The notes under the pieces are model-generated. The model was not told the origin of the DNA. It searched no databases and saw only the letters and a list, made by a program, of their open reading frames with translations. 64,000 nucleotides of DNA from a virus (lineage: Duplodnaviria > Heunggongvirae > Uroviricota > Caudoviricetes). Both the position numbers and the translations under genes were made by a program. Location of the stretch: the IMG/VR virus record IMGVR_UViG_3300042892_001069; one strand, written 5' to 3'. Of the stretch, positions 37,784 to 48,500 are shown piece by piece (the stretch's first letter is position 1; every line of letters starts with the position of its first letter).

Positions 37784-38086
37784 ATGTCAGCAGTCTATTC
37801 AAATGTTAGTCCGTGGGCAACTACACCAATAACAGAAAACTATCTAGATGTTTTATCAATTAGAGCAGTTAGCGCAGAGTCTGATGATTTTTTATATATT
37901 ATAGAAGCGCAGTATACACATCGTCCAGATTTACTTGCATATGACTTGTATGGCGAGGCGGCATTATGGTGGGTTTTTATTCAACGAAATCTTAATGTGT
38001 TACAGGATCCTATATTTGATTTTGTACCTGGAACAAAAATTTATATTCCAAAGTCTAGTAGTTTAAAAGCGGTGTTAGGTCTATAA
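37784..38086 (+). CDS. Baseplate wedge protein, gp53-like (LysM-type)
   Basis: HRPDLLAYDLYG...LWWVF..RN......G..IYIP motif. Confidence 0.8.
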   Translation: MSAVYSNVSPWATTPITENYLDVLSIRAVSAESDDFLYIIEAQYTHRPDLLAYDLYGEAALWWVFIQRNLNVLQDPIFDFVPGTKIYIPKSSSLKAVLGL

Positions 38087-38087
38087 T

Positions 38088-40322
38088 ATGGGAATTCTTG
38101 ACTCAGTAACTTCGGCCACAACTGCTGTTAGCGGAGTAGTTAACTCAATTACATCTGGACCAGCCTCTGCCTTATCAAGTGTTACTAATGCGATATCAGG
38201 AGCATTAGGATCTACCGGATCCTTTCTATCAAGTCTTGGTGGATCAAAGTTGCCCCTGCCAAATATTTTATCACAGTATACTACTTACAATTATGTATTA
38301 AGTATTGGTGTGTTAACCACTGCCGATATTACTAATCCTGATGCTACTTACATGGCAGGAAAAAATATACCTTTAATTTGTAAATCGGCTAACGCAGACC
38401 CATCTAATAGGATTGCTACGGCCTACGGTAAATTTGATTTCTTTATTGATAATCTTCAATTGTATAGTCAAATGGGATTTCAAAAAAACGCAAATACTAA
38501 TATTACAAAATTAAGTTTCACAATAACTGAACCGTTTAGTATGGGAATGTTTCCTATTTCTCTTCAAACAGCGGCATTTCAATATGGATGGAAAAATTAT
38601 AGAGATGCTCCGTTTTTATTAAAAATTGAATTTAGGGGTAATAAAGCAGACGGGTCAATGGCAATAGTACCAAGCTCTACTAGATATATTCCTTTTAAAT
38701 TTATATCAATGAATATGCGTACTGATCATACGGGCACAAAGTATGATTGTAAAGTTATCCCTTACAACTTTACTGCTCTTAGTACAAGGCACTCAAACTT
38801 TAAAAGCGATGTATCATTTAAAGGAGCAACAGTTCAAGAAATGCTACAAACTGGAGAAAAGAGTTTACAAGTAGTTATTAATCAACGTCTCCAGCAGATG
38901 AAGACTGACGGCTTATTAAAAGTTCCAGACGAAGTAGTTATATTATTTCCAACTAATACAGCGTCAGCTTCAACCGCAGCCGCGTCTTCTTCAAATACTG
39001 AATCAAAAGGGTCAGCAACTACTAGTTCGTCAAGTGGCGGTGGCGGTGGCGGAAAGGGAGAGTTACTTAAAAAATTGGGAATAGCAGAAAGTAAAATTAA
39101 TAAAACGCTAGTACAACCCGACGGCGAATGTAATGCGTTAGGCAAAGCTAGTATGGGATTCGGCCTTGACAAAAAAGGAGATCCTTCATTTGGTAACGAA
39201 AGCACACAATGGGATCCTAAAAATAGAGTATGGGCTCGAGGAAATTCTACTAGTAATGTCAAAGAAGGAGAATTTAGATTTAGTCAGGATACTAATATTG
39301 TAAATGCTATTAATCAAGTACTAATTAGTAGCAATTTTCCAACAGAAACATTAGATGCTGGAAAACTTAGCCCAGAAGGAATGCGTGACTGGTGGATAAT
39401 TGATGTTCAAACTTATCCAATTGACACTGATGAAAATGACGACTCCACTGGTAAAAAACCTAATTTGTTTGTCTATAGAGTAATGCCTTATAAAGTAAGT
39501 ACTGCCTCTACAAATCCACCTAATACTGCTCCGCCTGGAATTAAAAATTTAAAAAAACAAGCAGTTAAAGAATACAATTATTTGTACACTGGAAAAAATA
39601 CAGAAATTTTAAAATTTGATATTGAATTTAATATGAGTTTTTCAACTCTAATGGCGGCTGACGGATTAAAAAGATCTCAAGACGTTCAACTAGGAGCAAA
39701 CCAGGGTGCTGCCGAAGTTAAAAAAAATGTAATTGATCCGCAACCAGATGGATCAAAAGTTGCAGCAACAGCAGGTGTTACTCCCACAACAGTAAGTTAT
39801 TCGTTGACATCAACATCAACTGACAGGCTAGGCGGCGGCGGAGCTGATACGCAAGCAACAAGAGCGGCCCGTGTGTTCCACGACGCAATTACTAACGGTG
39901 TAGATATGATGAAATTGAATATGGATATCTGGGGAGATCCGTATTATATTGCGCAAAGCGGAATGGGTAACTACACTTCAAAGCCGTCAGCATTTCAAAA
40001 TTTAAATCAAGACGGTACAGTAAATCATCAAAACGGAGAAGTCCACATTTCAGTTAAATTCAGAACTCCAACTGACATTAATCAAGGAACTGGCTTATAT
40101 AATTTTGCCGGGACAACTTCCGCTCCAGTAGTTCAATGGAGTGGACTGTATCGTGTAATTATGGTAGTCAGCAAATTCGAAGGCGGCCAGTTCAAACAAA
40201 CACTAACAGGAAATCGAGTAAAACAACAAGAAAATCCAAAAGAGGGAACGGCTTCTACTACGTTTACTACAAGTAATTCAAAACCAGACCCTAAAGATCC
40301 TTACGCAACAGGCGGAGCATAA
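38088..40322 (+). CDS. Baseplate hub protein (gp27/late control D-like)
   Basis: IWGDPYYI and SGLYRV..V.SKFEGGQFKQTL motifs, located between the gp53-like and gp5-like genes. Confidence 0.6.
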   Translation: MGILDSVTSATTAVSGVVNSITSGPASALSSVTNAISGALGSTGSFLSSLGGSKLPLPNILSQYTTYNYVLSIGVLTTADITNPDATYMAGKNIPLICKSANADPSNRIATAYGKFDFFIDNLQLYSQMGFQKNANTNITKLSFTITEPFSMGMFPISLQTAAFQYGWKNYRDAPFLLKIEFRGNKADGSMAIVPSSTRYIPFKFISMNMRTDHTGTKYDCKVIPYNFTALSTRHSNFKSDVSFKGATVQEMLQTGEKSLQVVINQRLQQMKTDGLLKVPDEVVILFPTNTASASTAAASSSNTESKGSATTSSSSGGGGGGKGELLKKLGIAESKINKTLVQPDGECNALGKASMGFGLDKKGDPSFGNESTQWDPKNRVWARGNSTSNVKEGEFRFSQDTNIVNAINQVLISSNFPTETLDAGKLSPEGMRDWWIIDVQTYPIDTDENDDSTGKKPNLFVYRVMPYKVSTASTNPPNTAPPGIKNLKKQAVKEYNYLYTGKNTEILKFDIEFNMSFSTLMAADGLKRSQDVQLGANQGAAEVKKNVIDPQPDGSKVAATAGVTPTTVSYSLTSTSTDRLGGGGADTQATRAARVFHDAITNGVDMMKLNMDIWGDPYYIAQSGMGNYTSKPSAFQNLNQDGTVNHQNGEVHISVKFRTPTDINQGTGLYNFAGTTSAPVVQWSGLYRVIMVVSKFEGGQFKQTLTGNRVKQQENPKEGTASTTFTTSNSKPDPKDPYATGGA

Positions 40323-40323
40323 C

Positions 40324-41643
40324 ATGTCAGTATCAGATGATCAGTCAACGGAAAAATCAGTCAACCCTGGCGATCAAGCGCCCCCGCGCCCCGGCCCGTT
40401 TTTAGCAAAAGTAGTTGGTAATCTTGACCAAGAGTACATGGGCGGATTAACAGTGCAATTAATGAAACCAGGCGGCAACGATGCGGTTGACGGACAAACA
40501 ATCCCAGTTAAAATGTTAACTCCGTTTTATGGTACTACTGGTGTAGGCAATGTAGGCGTTGACCCCAACGACTATAATAATACTCAAAAAAGTTATGGTA
40601 TGTGGTTTGTTCCGCCAGACGTAGGCACCATTGTTTTAGTATTTTTTATTGATGGTAATCCAAAATACGGCTACTGGATGGGGTGCGCTTTAGATGACGG
40701 TATGAATTTTATGCTACCCGGCATAGCCGCAACACAAGCAGTAGTTGAAGGCGGCGGCAGGCTTCCTGTGGCTGAATACAACAAAAAGTTACACGAGCAA
40801 ATGTGTGTTGACACTACTAAAGTTAAAAAACCAAAACATCCGTTTACTTCAATATTGGAAATTCAAGGATTATTAAAAGACGATGTTCGAGGTATTACAA
40901 CAAGTAGTGCCCGCAGAGATATTCCAAGTGCGGTGTTTGGTATATCAACACCAGGGCCCGTTGATAAAACTCCGGGATCAAAAACAGGCGATGTTGGGGT
41001 AAAAGATAATGTACAAAAAGGGGTGCCGGTTAGTAGACTGGGCGGAACTACTTTTGTAATGGATGACGGTGACGACAAGTTTTTACGTAAAACAAAAGCA
41101 AGTGAAGGCCCGCCGGTATATATGGCAGTTGAGCAAGGCGAAAAAGGTGGCGACGTAAAAATTCCACATAACGAGCTAGTACGTATTCGTACTAGAACGG
41201 GCCATCAAATTTTACTCCATAACAGTGAAGATTTAATCTACATTGGCAATGCTCGAGGTACAACGTGGATTGAATTAACCAGCAACGGAAAAATTGATAT
41301 CTACGCAGAAGATAGTATTAGCCTACATACTAAACAAGATTTCAATGTAACAGCAGATAGAGATATTAATCTTACTGCTAGAGGAGTTATCAACCTAAAT
41401 GCAACAGCAAATACTAATATTACTGGAGCCCAAGTTCAATTAAATCCACCCGTTCCTGCTCGTAAGGCTGGTAGAGTACCACAAGCTGAGCCGTGGGCCG
41501 GCCATGAAAATTTAGATCCAAAGGCAGCAACTCCTGATAAAACTAAAGGTGCTGCAACTGTAACTGCTCCGGCAGGCGGCGCCTATTATAACAAATATAC
41601 AACAGCTACTGACACATTCAGTAAAATTAAAGGACCAGAATAA
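40324..41643 (+). CDS. Baseplate central spike, gp5/VgrG-like, with no lysozyme domain evident
   Basis: OB-fold motif SYGMWFVPPDVGTIVLVFF, then RIRTRTGHQILLHNSE and beta-helix-like repeats. Confidence 0.8.
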   Translation: MSVSDDQSTEKSVNPGDQAPPRPGPFLAKVVGNLDQEYMGGLTVQLMKPGGNDAVDGQTIPVKMLTPFYGTTGVGNVGVDPNDYNNTQKSYGMWFVPPDVGTIVLVFFIDGNPKYGYWMGCALDDGMNFMLPGIAATQAVVEGGGRLPVAEYNKKLHEQMCVDTTKVKKPKHPFTSILEIQGLLKDDVRGITTSSARRDIPSAVFGISTPGPVDKTPGSKTGDVGVKDNVQKGVPVSRLGGTTFVMDDGDDKFLRKTKASEGPPVYMAVEQGEKGGDVKIPHNELVRIRTRTGHQILLHNSEDLIYIGNARGTTWIELTSNGKIDIYAEDSISLHTKQDFNVTADRDINLTARGVINLNATANTNITGAQVQLNPPVPARKAGRVPQAEPWAGHENLDPKAATPDKTKGAATVTAPAGGAYYNKYTTATDTFSKIKGPE

Positions 41644-42086
41644 TGAGTTCAAACGGAAATTTATATAGTAAAATATCATTACCGGCCGCTAATAGAGCCG
41701 AAGATATACGTCCTAAAATGTATAAAGGGTTTAGCACCCTTAGTGCTGACACTGAGAATTATAGTCTATATGACTTATCTTTAATACAGCAAGACTTGTT
41801 AAATCATTTTAATGTTCGACAAGGTGAAAGATTAATGAATCCAACGTTTGGCACTATTATATGGGATTTATTATTTGAACCGCTAACAGAAGATCTAAAA
41901 GGTTTGATTCTAGAAAACGTAAATCAGATTATTAACTATGATCCTCGAGTTACAGCCGATAATGTAATTGTTACGGCGTATGAAAGTGGAATTCAAATTG
42001 AATGCTTTTTAACCTACCTACCTTACAATATCAGTCAGAGTCTACAACTGCGTTTTGACCAGGAAAATGGCCTGTTGGCAGCATAA
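41643..42086 (+). CDS. gp25: Baseplate wedge protein, gp25-like
   Basis: YKGFST, DLLNHF..RQGERLMNP.FG..IWDLLFEP and YDPRV motifs. Confidence 0.9.
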   Translation: MSSNGNLYSKISLPAANRAEDIRPKMYKGFSTLSADTENYSLYDLSLIQQDLLNHFNVRQGERLMNPTFGTIIWDLLFEPLTEDLKGLILENVNQIINYDPRVTADNVIVTAYESGIQIECFLTYLPYNISQSLQLRFDQENGLLAA

Positions 42087-42133
42087 TATACGTAGATAAT
42101 TTTATTCAATAAATACAAGATATAGGATAAATC

Positions 42134-45100
42134 ATGAGTTCAACCGATAGACAAAATAGGTTATTAGTAGCTGAGGACTGGAAGAAAGTCTACCAGAGTT
42201 TCAGAAACGCAGATTTTCAGAGTTACGATTTTGAAAACTTGCGCAGGACTATGATTGATTACATTCGTCAGAATTATCCCGAAGACTACAACGATTATAT
42301 TGAATCCAGCGAATATCTTGCCCTAATTGATCTTATTGCTTTTATGGGCCAAAGCATTGCTTTCCGTGTGGACTTAAATGCCCGTGAAAACTTCTTAGAG
42401 CTAGCAGAACGTCGTGAAAGCGTTCTACGTTTAGCACGTATGTTAAGTTATAATGCTAAACGAAATGTAGCATCGTCCGGATTACTAAAAGTTGCCTCAA
42501 TACAAACAACACAAAACGTTATTGATAGTAACGGCAGAAATTTATCAGGGCAAGTTGTTGCCTGGAACGATGCGTCTAACGATAATTGGTATGATCAGTT
42601 CATTAAGATAATGAACGCTGCAATGCCTAGTACTCAGCAATTTGGTAGTCCGTCTGATAAAGCAGACGTATACGGTATTCCAACAGAACAATATAGATTT
42701 AACGCATCTAATAACGACGTACCGGTATACGCATTTTCTAAGTCTGTTGGCGGCCGTAACATGAATTTTGAAATAACAAGCACAACGTTTGCTGGACAGA
42801 ATTCTATATATGAAGAGCCACCTTCAGTTGGCAACAGAATGGCATGCGTATATCGAGATGACGGCCGCGGGCCAAGTAGTAGAGGATCAGGTTTCTTTTT
42901 TAATTTTACTCAAGGCTCATTAAATCAAGGGGCATTTACAATTAGCCAACCTAGTTCAACAGAGTCAGTTGATATCGATTCTACAAATATTAATAACAAT
43001 GATGTATGGTTGTATAAGCTAGATCAATCGGGCCTTGAGACTGAAAAATGGTCAAAAGTGTCTAGTTTTGAAGGCAACAACATTATCTATAATAGTCTTA
43101 ATAAAAACATCAGGAACATTTACGGAGTAGTTACTAGAGCTGGCGACGCTATTAGCTTAACATTTAGTGATGGCACATTTGGCAATCTTCCGTTAGGCAC
43201 TTTTAGAGTGTACTATAGAATTAGTAACGGCCTTGCTTATACCATTAACACACAAGATATTCGTAGCGTAACTATTAACATTCCTTATTTTTCTAGTTCT
43301 AATCAACAAGAATCGTTAACAATATCATTAAGTTTAGCTACATCGGTATCTAATGCCGACATTTCAGAAACTAACGACAGCATTAAAGCTAATGCTCCGC
43401 AAACATACTATACACAAAATAGAATGATTACTGGAGAAGATTACAACATTAGTCCGTTGTCAGCTAGTACACAAGTAGCAAAAGTAAAAGCAGTTAACAG
43501 GACAAGTAGTGGTATTAGTAGATATTTTGATCTAGTAGATCCTACTGGAAAATATAGTTCTACTAATTTGTTTGCCACTGACGGCGTAATTTATAAAGAA
43601 GAATACAAGTCTCAAACAAGATTTAGTTACGCAAACAAAACAGATATTGAAGGCGTAATTTACAATAATGTTTTTGATATTTTAACTAGAAAAAATTTAC
43701 GTAATTTTTATTATTCAAATTTTAATAATTTTATTACATCTAGTCTTAATATTTCTTGGTTCAATCGAACTTCTGACACAGGCATGTCGTCCGGGTACAT
43801 TGGAGCAAGCGATGGTACTCCCTATAAGGTAGGTTCGTACACTAGTACTGATTTAAAATATTTTACAGTTGGCTCTTTAATTAAATTTATACCATCAGCT
43901 GGATACTATTTTGATACTACTAATAACAATGCGCTAGTTCAAATAACAACCCCAGCGGCCCCCGGCACTAGTTCATACATCTGGGCAGAAGTTGTGTCAG
44001 TAGTTGACGACGGCACAGCAGTAGGCACTGGCACACTATCAACGGGATTTGGTCCGTTAATGTTGAATCGAGTAATACCATCGGACTCAACAATGACACA
44101 AATTCTTCCAAAGTGGAGAACAGTAATAGACAGTACAGTTATTACTACCATGATTGAATTAATCTTTGCTAATAAACCGTTTGGATTACGTTATAGTAGT
44201 GTTACACAAACATGGCAAATTGTTTTTGAATCAAACCTTGATATAGTTTCACAATTTAGTCTTGGTAAACAAGGTGATCTATCTAACAAACAACAAGATG
44301 CTAGCTGGTTGTTATTGTTTACCACTGACAACGAGTTCTATACAATAACCAGTCGAGAAGAACAGTATATCTTTGAAAGTAACCAGCAAATTAGATTCTA
44401 TTTTGACAGCGGCACTAAAATTTATGATAGCAGAACTAATTCTGTAGTTAAAGATACTATTAATATTTTAAGTATCAATACTCGTCCTGACGTTACAATA
44501 CCTTTCACTCGTGATCAGGTATGGGATGTTGTTTCTGAATTTATTGGTCTAGACGGATATGTTGATACTAAAAAATTAATAGTAGCATTTGCTGATTCTG
44601 ATGATAACAGTGTAGTAGACGATCCTGAATTGTTTATTAACATTGTTGCCCCAACTACTAGTCCAACTACAAAATACATTTTACAAGAAAAATATTTAAT
44701 TAGTCAAGGGCAAGAAGATTATAGATATGTATCAAACGATGATAATAAAGTATTAGTGTTGCCAACAGATCCAAACGCATATGGATCATACGTTGATGGA
44801 CAATATTTTTACTTTATTGATACCGGAGTAGTTAAAAAATTAAGTTTAACAACTGGTAAATTAACAGCTAGTTTAGATTATAAAGTATTTGTTGGCCGAG
44901 ACAATTTAAAATTCCAATATACTCATAGTGCTGATTATGAATCAAGAGTTGATCCAGGATCAAGTAACGTTATGGATGTATTTGTGTTAACTAAAGGGTA
45001 TGACACTACATTTAGACAATGGTTAAACGGTGCTAACATGATTAAACCGCTAGCACCTAGCTCAGACGAACTATACAATACAGTTGCGCCATCGCTAAAT

Positions 45101-45592
45101 CTAATTAAATCTATTAGTGATGAAATTATATATCATCCAGTAAGTTATAAAATTTTATTTGGAACAACTGCTGATGAAGATGTTCAAGCTAGTTTTAAAA
45201 TTGTAAAAAATATTGGGCAGGTATTAACTGATAATGATGTTAAAGCTCGAGTAATTACTGCTATGAATCAATTTTTTGCTTTAGAAAATTGGGAGTTTGG
45301 TGATACATTTTATTTTACAGAGCTAGCAACATATATAGTAAATCAACTAGCACCTGATATTTCTAATTTTGTAATTGTGCCTAGACAGTCTGGTTTAAAC
45401 TTTGGTAGTTTGTTTGAAATTAAATCAGCAACAGACCAAATTTTTATTAATGGCGCAACAGTTAACGACATTGAAATTATTTCTGGAATTACGTCAAGTA
45501 CAATTAAATCAGTAAGTGGCACAACAGTGGCATCAACAACGACATCTCAACAGACAATTACAAGCTCAACATACGGATCAACAAATGGCTGA
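42134..45592 (+). CDS. gp6: Baseplate wedge protein, gp6-like (1152 aa)
   Basis: DFENLR, ARENFLELAERRESVLRLARMLSY, FSDGTFGNLP and QNRMITGEDY motifs. A late promoter ATAAATA is at 42109-42115. Confidence 0.85.
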   Translation: MSSTDRQNRLLVAEDWKKVYQSFRNADFQSYDFENLRRTMIDYIRQNYPEDYNDYIESSEYLALIDLIAFMGQSIAFRVDLNARENFLELAERRESVLRLARMLSYNAKRNVASSGLLKVASIQTTQNVIDSNGRNLSGQVVAWNDASNDNWYDQFIKIMNAAMPSTQQFGSPSDKADVYGIPTEQYRFNASNNDVPVYAFSKSVGGRNMNFEITSTTFAGQNSIYEEPPSVGNRMACVYRDDGRGPSSRGSGFFFNFTQGSLNQGAFTISQPSSTESVDIDSTNINNNDVWLYKLDQSGLETEKWSKVSSFEGNNIIYNSLNKNIRNIYGVVTRAGDAISLTFSDGTFGNLPLGTFRVYYRISNGLAYTINTQDIRSVTINIPYFSSSNQQESLTISLSLATSVSNADISETNDSIKANAPQTYYTQNRMITGEDYNISPLSASTQVAKVKAVNRTSSGISRYFDLVDPTGKYSSTNLFATDGVIYKEEYKSQTRFSYANKTDIEGVIYNNVFDILTRKNLRNFYYSNFNNFITSSLNISWFNRTSDTGMSSGYIGASDGTPYKVGSYTSTDLKYFTVGSLIKFIPSAGYYFDTTNNNALVQITTPAAPGTSSYIWAEVVSVVDDGTAVGTGTLSTGFGPLMLNRVIPSDSTMTQILPKWRTVIDSTVITTMIELIFANKPFGLRYSSVTQTWQIVFESNLDIVSQFSLGKQGDLSNKQQDASWLLLFTTDNEFYTITSREEQYIFESNQQIRFYFDSGTKIYDSRTNSVVKDTINILSINTRPDVTIPFTRDQVWDVVSEFIGLDGYVDTKKLIVAFADSDDNSVVDDPELFINIVAPTTSPTTKYILQEKYLISQGQEDYRYVSNDDNKVLVLPTDPNAYGSYVDGQYFYFIDTGVVKKLSLTTGKLTASLDYKVFVGRDNLKFQYTHSADYESRVDPGSSNVMDVFVLTKGYDTTFRQWLNGANMIKPLAPSSDELYNTVAPSLNLIKSISDEIIYHPVSYKILFGTTADEDVQASFKIVKNIGQVLTDNDVKARVITAMNQFFALENWEFGDTFYFTELATYIVNQLAPDISNFVIVPRQSGLNFGSLFEIKSATDQIFINGATVNDIEIISGITSSTIKSVSGTTVASTTTSQQTITSSTYGSTNG

Positions 45593-48500
45593 TAGCATTA
45601 ATCCAAACAAAAATAAAGTTTCTAGTTTCCTTCCAAGATTTTATAGATCCGATTCAAACAAGAAATTTACACAGGCCACTCTTGACCAGCTAGTACAACC
45701 TGGTACGGTTGATAAACTCAATGGATTTGTTGGAAGACAAAATGCTAAAGCTAGCACGGGTAAAGATATCTTTATTAAAGAGATTAGCGACCAGCGACAA
45801 AATTATCAACTAGAACCCGGAATGGTAATTAAAGATAATTTAGATAATGTAACATTTTTTAAAGATTATATTGACTACATTAATCAAATTGATGTGTTTG
45901 GCGGCAACGTTAAAAATCATGCTCGCCTAAATAAACAAGAATTTTATTCATGGGATCCTCATCTCGAATGGGATAAGTTTGTAAATTTTCAAAATTACTA
46001 TTGGCTCCCTTACGGCCCTGACGTCATTGCTATTGCCGGGCAACAACAAAAGATTGAAAGTACGTATACTGTCACAGTAGAATCAACCGGTGATAGTTTT
46101 CAATACGTGTTTACTCCTGACGGATTAACTCGTAATCCAACAATCAAATTGTTTAAAGGGCAAACTTATAAATTTGAAATTAATAGTCTAGGAAACCCTT
46201 TTAGTATTAAAACTGTTAGATCCCCCGGTACATTAGACAGATATAACACATACGGACTAGATGGCGTAGCTGTTGAAAACGGAACAATTACCTTTACTGT
46301 GCCTACAGATGCGCCAGACGTTCTATATTATGTTAGTGAATCAGATATTGACCTTGGCGGAGTTTTTCAAATATTTTCAATTACTGAAAATACAAAAATT
46401 GATGTTGAAGCAGAAATTATTGGCAAAAAGAACTACACATTAACTGACGGTACTGCTCTTAGTAACGGCATGAAAGTAAAGTTTATAGGCGGGGTTACTC
46501 CAGAGTCATACGCATCTGACGAATACTATGTTGAAGGTGTAGGCACGGCCATTATTTTAATCAAACAATCTGAGTTAGCACTAATCAGCACATATACACA
46601 ATCTGAATCAATCTTATTTGATTCAACTCCTTTTGATAATATGCCGTTTAGTGATGCTACGGCCTTTGCCGGAACACCTGATTATATTGTTATTAACAGA
46701 GCAAGTCTTGATAAAAACCCGTGGAGTCGATATAATCGCTGGTTCCATAAAGATGTAGTTAATACTAGTGCAGCATTTAATAATAAAATACCGTCACTTG
46801 ACCAAACGGCACGAGCAACCCGGCCAATTATTGAATTTGAAGCAGGCATAAAATTATTTAATTTTGGACTACAGACAATTGCCGACATTGATTTAATTGA
46901 TACATACACCCCTGACGTATTTTCTACAATTGAAGGATCGTTTGGGTACAACGTTGATGGAGTGCCGTTAGTACAAGGTCAGCGAGTGTTGTTTACTGCT
47001 GACATTGATAGTTATGTAAAAAATAAAATTTATAGAGTAGAGTTTCTTGACGTATTACATCTTAATACCGGGAGTCGTCAATTACACCTTGTGTTAGAAA
47101 CTGAACCTACGCTAAATGACGTTGTGCTAGTTAAACAAGGCACATTAAATGTTGGAAAGTCTTATTGGTTCAATGGTACTACATGGGAAGTAGGCCAGCA
47201 AAAAACCGTGCTGAATCAACCGCCCCTATTTGATATTGTTGATGACACCGGAGTTAGTTACGGAGATACTACTGCGTATGAAGGGTCTACTTTTATTGGC
47301 ACAAAGTTATTTTCTTATAAAATTGGCAGTGGAGCAGTAGACAATAAGTTAGGATTTGCGTTAACTTATAAAAATATTAGTAATATTGGCGACATTGTTT
47401 TCAATTTTAATATTTTAACAGATACTTTTAGATACAAAAATCTAGCAGATGTGATTGATAAAAATATCAATGTTGGCTATCTTACTAAATTTTCTACAGA
47501 AACAGCAACCATAAGCTATGCTAACGGATGGAAAACAGCATTAGTAACTAACACTCAAGCCGCTGTTAGAATTTATAAAAATTCAAATTTAACAAATAAC
47601 TTTGAAATTGATATCTTTGATAATAAAGATGAGTTGGCAGATTTAGTAGTTCGGTTATATGTTAACGGGCGCCGCCTTGATAAATCTTTATGGTCAGTTA
47701 TAACTGGACCTGTTTACAAAAAAGTAATATTAGCCACTGATATTACAGTTGATGATGTGTTGACAATTAGAGCATTTGCCGAGCAACCAATCAACTCTAA
47801 GGGTTATTACGAAATACCTATTAATCTACAAAACAATCCTTTAAATAATAATCTTTCGGACTTTACATTAGGCGAAGTTATTGATCACGTAAATTCCATA
47901 GTTGACAATATTGATACATTTGAAGGACAATATCCAGGCGCCGGCAATCTTAGAGACTTAGGCGATGTAACTCCGTACGGTACTAAATTTGTACAACATA
48001 GCGGCCCAATGGGATTGTCGTTGTATCATATTACCAATCAAGAAAACAATATCATTCGTGCTATTGAAACTGCTAAGAACGATTATAATAAGTTTAAAAG
48101 AAATTTTATATCAATCATTGATACACTTGAAGTATATTCAACTGATGTAGTGGCACAAGTTAATTTAATTTTACAAGCAATTAACAAAGATAAACCAACT
48201 AATGTTTCGTATTATTTTAGTGACATGTTTGGGTATGGCGCCAATCAATATAACGAATATACTGTAATTGACTATAGGATAAAATCATACCCGTTAACAT
48301 CTACCTTTAGTTTGGGAGTACTGTCAAACCAAGCAGTTTATGTTTATTTAAACGGTGTACAACTGATCCATTCAAAAGATTATACATTTGATAGTCAAGG
48401 GTTTGTTGTTATCAGAGCAACGCTAAACAATGATGATCTTATTGCTATAGTTGAGTATGAAAATACTGATGGCTGTTTTGTACCACTAACACCAACTAAA

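Noticed and set aside
45516-45584. ORF-track N-terminal extension of the 4730-aa ORF (likewise the starts at 14963, 35896 and 36763)
   Set aside because: These use non-ATG starts that overlap upstream genes or leaders. Downstream ATGs have better RBS or translational-coupling context.
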